Shown here in pieces: positions 1-9,461 of a stretch of DNA of 64,000 nt. The notes under the pieces were generated by a model. The model saw nothing but the letters and a program-made list of their open reading frames with translations, did not search any database and was not told the DNA's origin. Where the stretch lies: contig JAZDOG010000102.1 in NCBI GenBank assembly GCA_043798915.1, positions 14,249-78,248 of the forward strand, written 5' to 3'. The position numbers were made by a program, and so were the translations under genes. The DNA comes from Pseudomonadota bacterium (GTDB lineage Bacteria > UBA10199 > 2-02-FULL-44-16 > JAAZCA01). Position 1 is the first letter of the stretch. Every line of letters begins with the position of its first letter.

Positions 1-2
1 CG

Positions 3-1994
3 GAAAAGGCCGGTCTGCCGGAGAACGCCTTTCGCGAGCTGAGCAAAGGCGAGATATACAGCTCCGTGGTCGGCGCGGATGAGCATGTGGCTGAGGTGAC
101 GCCTCGCTCGGTCATCCTCGGCATCCTGATGGTGATCATCTTCTCCGGATCGATAGCGTACCTGACGCTCAAGATCGGCACGGGGATCGAAGCGGCGATA
201 CCGATCGCAATCATCGCGGTCGGGCTCTCGTTCGCATTCAAGCGGCGCTCCACGATCCTCGAAAACGTCATGATCATGGCGATCGGCGCCACCTCGGGGA
301 TAGTCGTGGGCGGCGCCGTCTTCACGCTGCCGGCCCTCTACATCATGGGGCTCGACGGCCACACGAGCATCTTTCAGCTCTTCTTCATCCCCATGCTGGG
401 GTCGGTGCTGGGCGTCATGCTGCTCATCCCGATGCGCCGCTATTTCTGCTCCGAGATGCACGGCAAGCTCCCATTCCCGGAGGCCACCGCCACCACGGAG
501 GTGCTCGTCGCCGGCAAGAAGGGCGGCCGCGACGCCAGGGTGCTGGCCTACACGATGATCATGGGAGGGGCCTACGATTTCGTTTCGTCCGCGATGGGCG
601 CCTGGCGCGACACCTTCTCGACCGAGCTCATCGGCGCCTTCGGGACGATGACCACGAAGGTCAAGGCCGTGTTCTCGCTCAACACCGGGGCTGCGATCAC
701 CGCAATGGGATATATCGTCGGCCTCCGCTACGCCTCGATGATGGCCGCGGGCGGCGCTCTCTCGTGGCTCGTCCTGATACCGATCTTCGCGCACATAGGC
801 TCGATCTCCGGCAACACGCACATCATGGAGATGACCAACGCAAAGATCTTCGCCGAATACGTCCGGCCGATCGGCATCGGCGGAATCTTCATGGCCGGCG
901 TGATCGGCATCATCAGGTCGATGCCCGTCATCTACAACGCCTTCGCCACCGGGTTCCGCGAACTCTTCGAATCGAGGAAGCAGCGCGACCGCGAGGAGAA
1001 AAAGATCGCCCGCACCGACCGCGACATCCGCATGTACGGCGTAGTGGCCGTGCTCGTCGCGACGCTCGCGGCCCTTCTGGTCTACTTCCGCTTCTCGGTG
1101 CTGGCCGGACAGCCCAATCCGTTCCTGCTGGCAGGCGTGGCGCTCATCGTCACCTTCCTGCTCGCGTTCCTGTTCAACTCCGTCTCCGCCTATGCCATCG
1201 CCACGATCGGCACCACGCCCATCTCCGGAATGACGATGATGACGCTGGTCATCGCGTGCCTCCTGCTCATGAAGGCCGGTCTCACCGGGCAGAACGGAAT
1301 GGTCTCCGCGCTCCTGATCGGCGGCGTGGTCTGCACCGCGCTTTCGATGTCAGGCTCGCTCATAACGCAACTCAAGGTGGCATACTGGCTGGGGGCGACC
1401 CCCCGCTGGATCCAGTGGGCGAACGTCGGCGGTTCTGTCATCGCGGCGGTGGTCTGCTCGTTCGTCATCGTCATGCTCTCAAAGGTCTACGGTTTCGCGC
1501 CGTCGCCACAGCACATCCACCCGCTCCCCGCTCCGCAGGCCAACGCCATGGCCGCCGTGATCCAGGGCATAATGTTGCAGGGCAATGCGCCGTGGTTCCT
1601 CTACGCAATGGGCGCGATGATCGCGCTGCTCGTGGAGCTCGTGAGGGTCTCCCCGCTGGCGTTCGCGCTTGGCATGTATCTTCCGTTAGACCTCACGGCG
1701 CCCATGCTCGTCGGCGCGCTCGTCGCCGAGGCCGTGAAGAGGAGCTCGAAGGACAAGAAGGTGAGCGAGCGCCGCTTTAACCGCGGCACCCTCATCGCGT
1801 CGGGCCTCATCGCTGGCGGCGCCCTCATGGGCGTCGTAGGCGCCTTCCTCGAGTGGATTTCGTCCGAGGTCGTCCACACAAACATACTTCCCAAGTTCGG
1901 AAACGACGGCACCGGCGGCAACTGGCTGGGTATCATTATGCTCCTGATGCTCTGCGGCTACATCTATTGGGACAGCAAGCGCGCGAAGGAATAA
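3..1994 (+). CDS. OPT-family oligopeptide transporter (5' end probably outside the window)
   Basis: ORF track 66..1994 (642 aa). The same frame stays open back to nt 3 (EKAGLPENAFRELSKGEIYSS...), so the GTG at 66 may not be the true start. Strongly hydrophobic polytopic protein. The N-terminal ...EVTPRSVILGILMVIIFSGSIAYLTLKIG looks like OPT superfamily permeases (recognised from memory). Confidence 0.8.
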   Translation, partial: EKAGLPENAFRELSKGEIYSSVVGADEHVAEVTPRSVILGILMVIIFSGSIAYLTLKIGTGIEAAIPIAIIAVGLSFAFKRRSTILENVMIMAIGATSGIVVGGAVFTLPALYIMGLDGHTSIFQLFFIPMLGSVLGVMLLIPMRRYFCSEMHGKLPFPEATATTEVLVAGKKGGRDARVLAYTMIMGGAYDFVSSAMGAWRDTFSTELIGAFGTMTTKVKAVFSLNTGAAITAMGYIVGLRYASMMAAGGALSWLVLIPIFAHIGSISGNTHIMEMTNAKIFAEYVRPIGIGGIFMAGVIGIIRSMPVIYNAFATGFRELFESRKQRDREEKKIARTDRDIRMYGVVAVLVATLAALLVYFRFSVLAGQPNPFLLAGVALIVTFLLAFLFNSVSAYAIATIGTTPISGMTMMTLVIACLLLMKAGLTGQNGMVSALLIGGVVCTALSMSGSLITQLKVAYWLGATPRWIQWANVGGSVIAAVVCSFVIVMLSKVYGFAPSPQHIHPLPAPQANAMAAVIQGIMLQGNAPWFLYAMGAMIALLVELVRVSPLAFALGMYLPLDLTAPMLVGALVAEAVKRSSKDKKVSERRFNRGTLIASGLIAGGALMGVVGAFLEWISSEVVHTNILPKFGNDGTGGNWLGIIMLLMLCGYIYWDSKRAKE

Positions 1995-2000
1995 CTGCAA

Positions 2001-2384
2001 ATGAAAAAACTGATCTCCATAGCACGCGCGGCGCGGCTCAAGGCGTACGCACCCTACTCGAAGTTTCGCGTGGGCGCGGCGCTCGAGGCCAAGGATGGGA
2101 GGGTGTTCACCGGCTGCAACGTCGAGAACGCTTCCTATGGCGTCTCCTGCTGCGCCGAGCGCGTGGCGCTATACAAGGCGGTATCGGAGGGTGCCAGGTC
2201 ATTCAAGAGGATCGCGATCGTCGCCGGCACTCCGGAACCCTGCCCGCCCTGCGGCATCTGCAGGCAGGCCCTCTTTGAATTCAGCCCAGCCATGGAACTC
2301 GTGAGGGCCGGCACGAGAGGAGCTGCCGTCGTCGTATCCCTCCGGGACATGCTCCCGCGGGGTTTCCACAAAAACGGCCAATAA
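2001..2384 (+). CDS. cdd: cytidine deaminase
   Basis: 127 aa. Zinc-ligand motifs CAE (VSCCAERVALYKA) and PCGxCRQ (CPPCGICRQALFEF) typical of small tetrameric cytidine deaminases. Starts 7 nt after the transporter stop. Confidence 0.9.
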   Translation: MKKLISIARAARLKAYAPYSKFRVGAALEAKDGRVFTGCNVENASYGVSCCAERVALYKAVSEGARSFKRIAIVAGTPEPCPPCGICRQALFEFSPAMELVRAGTRGAAVVVSLRDMLPRGFHKNGQ

Positions 2385-2395
2385 TGGGAAGTGCT

Positions 2396-2485
2396 CCCTC
2401 CCTTTATAAGGGAGGGATGGGGAGGGTAGACCGTGTATTAGCACGATCTACCCCACCCTGACCCTCCCCTTACAAAGGGGAGGGA
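2396..2485. repeat. family-1 triple-hairpin palindromic repeat, copy 1
   Basis: ccctccctttataagggaggg / atggggagggtagac...gatctaccccaccc / tgaccctccccttacaaaggggaggg: three consecutive hairpins. The same architecture and near-identical arms occur at 14712, 16271, 20744 and 43169. Confidence 0.85.
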
Positions 2486-2680
2486 AGCGTCCGTTAAAAC
2501 CGTCAAAATTCTGACGGTTGGCCCCCTTTCTGCCACCCCCCCAAAAAAATAATTAAAAAAGTACGCAACAAATTTTGAGATCTGCCGATACCACTAGTGG
2601 AGGCTGCCGTGTGAATGTCCGGCGCTCCATCGGGTGGGAGAGGGAATAACATAAACAACGACACACGAAGGAGGGTTCAG

Positions 2681-3559
2681 ATGGGAGCAACATCGGTAAT
2701 CTGCAGTGGTTCATTGCCTGGCGGAAACGCCGAATCGATTCAGGCCGCGCTCCTCCTCTACAGCGCCGACGAGGCTGCCAAGCAAGGCACGGAGGGGATG
2801 ACCACGGAGGAGATTTTAAACACCACCATGCTCCCTGTGTCTGCAAAGGACGAAGGTGCCGCGCGTTTCTGCGCGGAGATCAGCAATTTTTATTCCGAAC
2901 CCCAAAGCAGAAACGTCTTAGGTCGCATCAATGCCGCGCTGAACAAGAGTCCGTTCTTCAACTTCAGCAGCCTGCAAGGGCAGAACTTTGGAGCGTTCCG
3001 AGAGATAGCGGCAAACCTCAGGGGACGAAAAGACAAGCAGGATGTAAGTGTCAACGAGTACTGGAAGGGCGTGAAGCTGATGCTCGAGGCCACATTTATG
3101 CCGCCTGCTGCGCCGGTCTGCCAGGCCGGCAAGACCGACCTCCTCTCGCTTCTCGAAGTTTTCGCTCAGCCGCTGCTTACGATACCGGCGCTGGATGACA
3201 TCCAAATCGCAAAAGCCCTGAACATCCGCGGCAATTCGGACCCGAATTGCGCCGATCCCTTCGCGTCGGTCATCATGGCGTATCACTTCTTCAAGAAGGG
3301 ACAGCTGCCCGGCACAACGCCAGTCAACGCAAAGATGTATTCACAAAAGGCCAGGGAACAGCTGGATTTCGCGATAAAGAACATGGCTCAGATAAGCGAT
3401 AGCCAGAGGGCATTTCTCACAGCGGTGATCGAAGTCATTGGGGCGGCTCCAAAAAAGCCCCTAGGGCCGAAAAAGCCTACAGGCCCGACAAAACCCAAAC
3501 CACCCAAGCCACCCAAGCCGGATGACAATCCGTTTGGTGCTTCAGTTCCAGGGGAATAG
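2681..3559 (+). CDS. hypothetical protein with C-terminal Pro/Lys-rich tail
   Basis: ORF track 2615..3559. The ATG at 2681 is preceded by gaaggaggg (Shine-Dalgarno) about 5 nt upstream and is used as start. No signal peptide and no recognisable family. Tail is KKPLGPKKPTGPTKPKPPKPPKPDD. First gene of a tightly spaced 3-gene operon. Confidence 0.6.
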   Translation: MGATSVICSGSLPGGNAESIQAALLLYSADEAAKQGTEGMTTEEILNTTMLPVSAKDEGAARFCAEISNFYSEPQSRNVLGRINAALNKSPFFNFSSLQGQNFGAFREIAANLRGRKDKQDVSVNEYWKGVKLMLEATFMPPAAPVCQAGKTDLLSLLEVFAQPLLTIPALDDIQIAKALNIRGNSDPNCADPFASVIMAYHFFKKGQLPGTTPVNAKMYSQKAREQLDFAIKNMAQISDSQRAFLTAVIEVIGAAPKKPLGPKKPTGPTKPKPPKPPKPDDNPFGASVPGE

Positions 3560-3592
3560 CGAACACAACCGTAAAAACGTCGAGGAGGGAAT

Positions 3593-6577
3593 ATGTTTGC
3601 AGGCGGCGATCAGAACTACATCACGGGACGCGCGATAAAATACCTCTGCGGCGGAGCGGCCTATCCCGACACCGGACCGAAGGCCTTCGATCTCGCCAAG
3701 GCCGATAAGGACTGCGCGAAAGCCGTGACGGCGGAAATTCAAGACGCCTTTGCCGCGCTTGCCGGAGGCACTCCCAAACAACTGGACAACCTCGAAGCCT
3801 ATCTCAAGCTCCGGAACGATACGGCCTATATGACCTGCTTCATATCATCCGGCGCGGGCGACAGCGGCGTCAACAGAACGACCGGCACGCTGCTAAATAA
3901 GTGCATGGATGAATTCTACAAGGGCAAGGACTCCAGCGGCACTGATAAAAAGGTAAATCTATATAAGACCAACGTCGGCGGTGATTTGCATTTCAAAGTC
4001 ATGGGCGAATACGTGCCGTGGGCGGTGGAACAGGTCAAGGCAGGTATCCCCGCCGCAAGCACCATTCCGCTCCCGGCCGCGTTCATGACCTATCTCGATA
4101 GCATCAAGGACCCCAAATACTTGGTCCTCTACAGAACCATATTGCGCCTCTACTCCGAAGCGAAGGCAGAACTCACATCTGAGCAGCAGCTCGATTCAAG
4201 AATTGCCACGAGGATCGCCGACCAGCTGGTGGAGTGGGCCAGGCTCAGGAAAGATCTCCTCGACCATGCAACAACGGATACCGATAAATATAACGTCGAG
4301 GCGGCGATCGTCACGTCCCTCGTCGAGGGCGTGGACGCTGCACACGACTTCGCAGTAAAGATAGTCGACCTCATCGCAACCGATCTCTTCAAGCCCGAAA
4401 AAATCGGCTACAAGCAGGGAGAAAAGATTGCGCTCGAGGCCCTGGAAGAGCTCCGCCAGCGCTCCTACGAGGTGAAAACCGACGCCGCAAACAAGGAGGC
4501 CGTGGGAAGGGACTTCGGTCGCCTGACCTCCGAGACGGCCAAGACGACGAGCAACTTCGTCAGCAAGCTGCATCCTTCGATGGAAAAACTGGCCGGCAAG
4601 CTCCACAAGTACGCGGCATCGGTGAAGCTCAACGAGGACAAGACGATCAAAGAAGTGGTCTTCAAGAAGAGGGGCGCATCGGAAGTCCCGTCCAAGCTTG
4701 TTGACGCCTTCGGGGCGAAGAATGACCCGCTCCTCACCGCAGTCCTGGCCGAATTGTTGAAACAGCTCATGGATGCGGCCGCTGGGGCGCTCGGCGGCAA
4801 AGACAAGGCCCGCGACAGAGAAGCGGAGCTCATGGAACAACTCATCGACAAGCTCAACAGGCTCTCGACTGCCAACGGCGGCGACGTGAGCCCGGAGTTC
4901 TTCGCCCGCATCTGGATATTCGGAGTGGATCCTGACGGAAAGATACATACGGGGCTCGTTCCTGATGAGCTCTTCTCGCCCAAAATAATGAGACTCATCA
5001 ACGGTCCGGGCGGCATCGCGATCCTCCATGCCCTGAAGCGCCTCTTCATCGAGGCGATACTGGAAGATCCGAAACGCTACATGGGACAGGGAGCGGCTGA
5101 GGAAGGAAATCGCAGCGCCCTGGCCAAGCAGATAAGCGGCGCAGCCCGCAAAAAGATTTATGGCGGCGAGGACCTCGAGTCAGGCGTGAGGGACTTCCTC
5201 GAAGACCAGCATTTCGTCGAATTAAAAACGACCAAGGGCAAAAAGGGCAAACCGGATGTCGTCGAGGCCGTCATCGCGGCGCCTCCGCATTCAGCCAACG
5301 AGATATGCGCCGACAAGAAATGCAGGACGACGCTCACCGTGGGCCTGGACAGCGAGTTTGGCGGCGTGACCCCGACAGAAAAAGCGGAGACAAATCCATT
5401 CCAGGCGCTGGTCATAGCTGGAGTCAAGGGACGTGTTCGGCTGAATGATGAAATAGGCATCACGGCCGACGCTCAGTACATCTACGGAAAATGGGTGGAG
5501 ACGTTCGCCAAGGCCGGCATAAACGACGGCTTCCAGCTCGACCCGAACAATGCGGGTGAAATCTCGGCGTTCAGGGAACTGTCGGTTGGAATCAATGGGC
5601 ACCATGATTTCGAGGATGAAGATGGCAAGGTAACAGGAAAAATAAAAGGAAGCGTCAAGGGAGGCCTTACAAGCAAACGCGTTCCGGCGCTTGGCGCCAT
5701 GGATCTGCTGCCTGATGTTGGAATGGCATATATGCTCTATCCAACAGCCGGATCCAGCGCAACGGCTGGCGGCATCGGACACGTTGAGGGCTCCTACAAC
5801 ACATCCGAGGATGGAAAACTGATAATCGGCGCAGCGGTGGGATTCAACACCTTCCGATACAACGTGAGCTTGAGGCAGGATGCCGACGCGCCTCCCACCC
5901 CGGACGGACCGGGCGGCTGTGTCGTGAGCCCATCGCTCTATGCCGGATATCAGGGCAAGAGGGTCCACGCTGGAGTGGCCTATCGCGGAAACATGACTGT
6001 TGGTGGCGATTATTCGCCGGATATACCGCTAAGAAACGTCACAGACGGCATCAGCCGCCACACCGGGGAAGCGGGCGCTAAGATCTTTTTCGGCGGCGAG
6101 GAGAGCCAGGATCACAGCCTCTTGCTGCATGCCCGATATAACGCCCTCCTGAGCAACCATGCCACAAGTTTGAGCCAGGTCATGGCCACGCTTCAGTACG
6201 AAGGCGTCTGGTTCAATAGAACCAGGTGGATGATACAGGGAGTCGCCAATCTTTCATACATGAGGACGTTCGGCAACGTTGATCCGTCGCTCCCAGGGTC
6301 CACACTTTCAGGCGCAGGCGGCGCGGGCGACATATCGCAGACCAACATATCTGGAGACGTGTCCGTTTTCAACGAGGCCTTCGTAGCCACACTAAAACCC
6401 AAAGTCATTTTGCGGCAAGGACCGCAGTACAGCAGCGGGATTTACTTACAACCAATAGCTCAGTTGATCTGCGCCGACCAGGGTCATGACGGCAACGGCA
6501 TGTCCTGTGCCTTCTTCGGCGGCGCCGCTTTTGGCTTCCTGGGCGATCTCATTGACTTGTTCAAAAAGGGCAACTGA
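3593..6577 (+). CDS. large hypothetical protein (994 aa): helical N-terminal half, beta-rich barrel-like C-terminal part
   Basis: gaggaggg SD 3 nt before the ATG, 33 nt after the upstream stop. No N-terminal signal peptide. The last ~430 aa show alternating-hydrophobic, Gly/Tyr/Asn-rich strands (e.g. AAVGFNTFRYNVSL, LYAGYQGKRVHAGVAYRG, ATLQYEGVWFNRTRWMIQGVANLSYMRTFG) reminiscent of outer-membrane barrels. No family recognised. Confidence 0.65.
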   Translation: MFAGGDQNYITGRAIKYLCGGAAYPDTGPKAFDLAKADKDCAKAVTAEIQDAFAALAGGTPKQLDNLEAYLKLRNDTAYMTCFISSGAGDSGVNRTTGTLLNKCMDEFYKGKDSSGTDKKVNLYKTNVGGDLHFKVMGEYVPWAVEQVKAGIPAASTIPLPAAFMTYLDSIKDPKYLVLYRTILRLYSEAKAELTSEQQLDSRIATRIADQLVEWARLRKDLLDHATTDTDKYNVEAAIVTSLVEGVDAAHDFAVKIVDLIATDLFKPEKIGYKQGEKIALEALEELRQRSYEVKTDAANKEAVGRDFGRLTSETAKTTSNFVSKLHPSMEKLAGKLHKYAASVKLNEDKTIKEVVFKKRGASEVPSKLVDAFGAKNDPLLTAVLAELLKQLMDAAAGALGGKDKARDREAELMEQLIDKLNRLSTANGGDVSPEFFARIWIFGVDPDGKIHTGLVPDELFSPKIMRLINGPGGIAILHALKRLFIEAILEDPKRYMGQGAAEEGNRSALAKQISGAARKKIYGGEDLESGVRDFLEDQHFVELKTTKGKKGKPDVVEAVIAAPPHSANEICADKKCRTTLTVGLDSEFGGVTPTEKAETNPFQALVIAGVKGRVRLNDEIGITADAQYIYGKWVETFAKAGINDGFQLDPNNAGEISAFRELSVGINGHHDFEDEDGKVTGKIKGSVKGGLTSKRVPALGAMDLLPDVGMAYMLYPTAGSSATAGGIGHVEGSYNTSEDGKLIIGAAVGFNTFRYNVSLRQDADAPPTPDGPGGCVVSPSLYAGYQGKRVHAGVAYRGNMTVGGDYSPDIPLRNVTDGISRHTGEAGAKIFFGGEESQDHSLLLHARYNALLSNHATSLSQVMATLQYEGVWFNRTRWMIQGVANLSYMRTFGNVDPSLPGSTLSGAGGAGDISQTNISGDVSVFNEAFVATLKPKVILRQGPQYSSGIYLQPIAQLICADQGHDGNGMSCAFFGGAAFGFLGDLIDLFKKGN

Positions 6578-6626
6578 TGATCCAAATTGTGGGTTGAAAG
6601 ACAACCATTAAGCGAGGGTCAGGGAT

Positions 6627-9302
6627 ATGAAAATCAAAGGGATGAAAAGAACGTGGTGCTTCATGGCCGCGGTCGTCTTCGCGGCGATGGCAGCCGGCTG
6701 CGACGACGGTTCGCTCCAGATGCCGGGGCTGGGGGCGAACATCACGCCGCCGACGCCCAACATCATCGCCTTCAGTGCGGACCCGAATCCGGCCAAGGCC
6801 GGAGAGACGACCAATATCTCATGGGAGGTGGCAAACGCCGACTCCGTCGAGATCACGGCGACGTCCGGCGGAAAGGCGATCTCGTTTGACGTGAAGACGA
6901 CGGACCTCAAGGGCACCGCGCCATCACCCGCCCTCACCGCCACGACGGAATTCACCCTGACCGCAACAAAGAAGGCCCCAACGGAAACGGCCGCACCGGC
7001 CAGCGCAAACGCCGCGAAGGCCGATGAGACAAAACCGCCAGCGGGAACCAATGATTCGCCATCGCTGACCTCGGTTTCGCAGACGATCACCGTGACCGTC
7101 GATCAGGCGAACGAGATCAAAGCGACGATAGACGCGGACAGCAAGAGCCTGACACCGGGCGACCAGACGGTCATCCGATGGAAGGTAGGGCCCGCTGACG
7201 GTCTGACGATCAAGGTTGAGTCCGACACCGGCGAGCCGATCTCGGCCACCGAAAAGTGCGACGGGGACATCAAGACGATTCTGGGACAGACGCCGGCATC
7301 AACCATTCCGGCAGTCGGCTGCGCCGTCGTAGCGCCCCAGGTGAAGACAACCTACACCGTGACGGCCTTGGCCGGCGAAACGGCATTGCTGGCCGGGAAA
7401 AATACAGCCAGCGTGGTGGTAGACGTCAACACACAACTGGAAGTTGCGCGCTTCACGGTCAACCAACAGGAAAATGCGGTGGTCGCCGACTTCAGCGCAC
7501 CTGTCACTCTCGAGTGGACAGTCATCCCCAAGGGAGCGCTCGTGACGATCGTCTCCAGCCCGAGGGCCGCATGCGACCTGCCGGTGGACAGTGCGTCGGC
7601 CGGCGAGGCCGAGCAGCTGCCGTGCATGATCGCCGCCAACACGACGTTCACGCTGACCGCAAAACTCGGCAAGGACGGCGCGTCTCAGACGCGCACCGCG
7701 ACCGTCAGGCAGCAGCAGGCCGGCGGCGCCGACCTCAAAATCACATCCGACGGAGGGGGATGGGCGTTCGCGGGAGAACAGGTCGCCGTGGTGATCGAGC
7801 CGATCGGAAACGCGCAGATGATAGGCAAGGTGACCATCAGCAACGGAAACGGCCTGGCGGTGGTCCCCCCCTTAAGCTCTGGAGCAGTGACCGTAAAGGT
7901 TCAGGTTCCGGCATCCGGCGTGCACGTGAGCTGGACCTGCGATACCTGCGAAGTCAAAGAGCGCAGCGTCCTTGCAGTGCAGGCGATGCCGATGAACCCG
8001 AAGGCCTTCGGCGAGGAAAGCTCCTCCGTCATGCGGATCACGAGCGTGACACCCATCGCCGGATCAGATGGCGTATTCCTCTACGGCGTGGATCGCGGAT
8101 ACAACAAGGGAGTCGCATCGATTTTCAAGTCCGGGATCTCGCTCTCCGATGAGCTGATGATGAACATAGACTTCGGCAGCGCGATGCTCGGCGTCAACGG
8201 ATCGGCGGCCTTCTTCAACCCGGATTTCCTCAGCAAGATGGACTATCCGGTCGGCGCGATCGGCGTCACCAAGGACAACCGCATATATGTCGGAACCTCC
8301 GGCGCGCTGATGTATGAGATCAAGGGCGCCAAGGGTCCGGAATGGAAGATCTTCGACCAGTTCTTCGGCTGGGCAGACAGCGCACACCCCTATCCAGGGT
8401 CGCATCCGACGTGCGCCGGCGAAACGCAGAAGGGCAATCCGGCGAGCGGTTCGAGCACGATTGCAACACTCCATGAGTTCTGCGACATCGCCTTCTTCGG
8501 CGAGAAGGGCCTCATGGTCGCCACGGACCGCGGCGTGTTCGCAATGAAGGATGCGGATGCATATCTCACAGACAGAAAAGCCAACGTGTGGAAGGGAATT
8601 CCGCCCGCCGGCAAGACCTACAAGGACGGTGCAGCCTTCCTGACATTCTCGAGGGTGGCGAACGACCTTCAGCAGGTTGACACCAGGATATTCGCGGCGA
8701 CATCGAAGGGCTCCGGGACTGCGCTCGGCGGCGTGTTCGTCACCGCCGACAACGGCGACACCTGGACTGAATTCGGCCTCAAAGATACGGATGTCTACAG
8801 CCTTGCCTACGACGACCAGGCCAAGAAGCTATACGCAGGCACGGCCAGCGGCGTGCAGGTCTCGGATGTATCCGCCGCATCTTCATGGACTCAGGTCGGT
8901 ACGCTCAAAAAGGCGGTCTTCTCCCTCGCCGTCGACCCGTACAGCTCCGGCGGCGTGCTTGTCGCCGGCACCGCTGACGGCCTGTCGGTCCTGCGCGGGG
9001 TGGGCACGGGAGACTGGGTCGATATCGGGGACAAACACGGCGTTAAACTGGGCAAGATCCGGGCGCTGACCATGGTCAACAAGGTCGACGATGCCAAGGG
9101 CCTCATCCAGCATTACGTTGCGATCGGCACGCTCAAAGGCGCGATCAACGGAAGCGTTGCGGTCCACAAGGCATCCGTGATGCCGACAGCAGTTGTTCCT
9201 GAAACTCCGCAGATTCCGTCGGCGACGCCTGTGGTTACCACCGTGCCGCCAAAAGCAAATGTCACCTCGGCATATATTATGAAGAAGCCAACCGGCATTT
9301 GA
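6627..9302 (+). CDS. lipoprotein with three Ig-like repeats and a BNR/Asp-box beta-propeller-like C-terminal region
   Basis: Signal peptide plus lipobox (MKIKGMKRTWCFMAAVVFAAMAAGC). Three ~90-100 aa repeats each end in TxFTLTA/TYTVTA. The C-terminal part contains an Asp-box-like motif (TADNGDTW) and repeated Gly/Thr/Ala-rich blade-like stretches (e.g. YAGTASGV, VAGTADGL). Confidence 0.75.
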   Translation: MKIKGMKRTWCFMAAVVFAAMAAGCDDGSLQMPGLGANITPPTPNIIAFSADPNPAKAGETTNISWEVANADSVEITATSGGKAISFDVKTTDLKGTAPSPALTATTEFTLTATKKAPTETAAPASANAAKADETKPPAGTNDSPSLTSVSQTITVTVDQANEIKATIDADSKSLTPGDQTVIRWKVGPADGLTIKVESDTGEPISATEKCDGDIKTILGQTPASTIPAVGCAVVAPQVKTTYTVTALAGETALLAGKNTASVVVDVNTQLEVARFTVNQQENAVVADFSAPVTLEWTVIPKGALVTIVSSPRAACDLPVDSASAGEAEQLPCMIAANTTFTLTAKLGKDGASQTRTATVRQQQAGGADLKITSDGGGWAFAGEQVAVVIEPIGNAQMIGKVTISNGNGLAVVPPLSSGAVTVKVQVPASGVHVSWTCDTCEVKERSVLAVQAMPMNPKAFGEESSSVMRITSVTPIAGSDGVFLYGVDRGYNKGVASIFKSGISLSDELMMNIDFGSAMLGVNGSAAFFNPDFLSKMDYPVGAIGVTKDNRIYVGTSGALMYEIKGAKGPEWKIFDQFFGWADSAHPYPGSHPTCAGETQKGNPASGSSTIATLHEFCDIAFFGEKGLMVATDRGVFAMKDADAYLTDRKANVWKGIPPAGKTYKDGAAFLTFSRVANDLQQVDTRIFAATSKGSGTALGGVFVTADNGDTWTEFGLKDTDVYSLAYDDQAKKLYAGTASGVQVSDVSAASSWTQVGTLKKAVFSLAVDPYSSGGVLVAGTADGLSVLRGVGTGDWVDIGDKHGVKLGKIRALTMVNKVDDAKGLIQHYVAIGTLKGAINGSVAVHKASVMPTAVVPETPQIPSATPVVTTVPPKANVTSAYIMKKPTGI

Positions 9303-9340
9303 GGAGAAAATAGAAAGCCCAAGAGGGTGGGGATGGAAAT

Positions 9341-9379
9341 CAAGGCCGGGCCAACAATGGTCCGGCCTTGGTGTTTTAT
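9341..9379 (+). terminator. hairpin plus T-tract after the lipoprotein gene (also copy 1 of a ~55-nt repeat, see 12382)
   Basis: caaggccgg-gccaacaatggt-ccggccttg (9-bp stem) followed by gtgttttat. The wider segment 9325-9379 is repeated at 12382-12437. Confidence 0.55.
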
Positions 9380-9461
9380 ATTAAAAAGGGATGGCGGTTC
9401 AACTATTTGACAATATCTGCCTAGAAAGCTACACGCCTCGCCAGAAGCTATTTAACAAACG

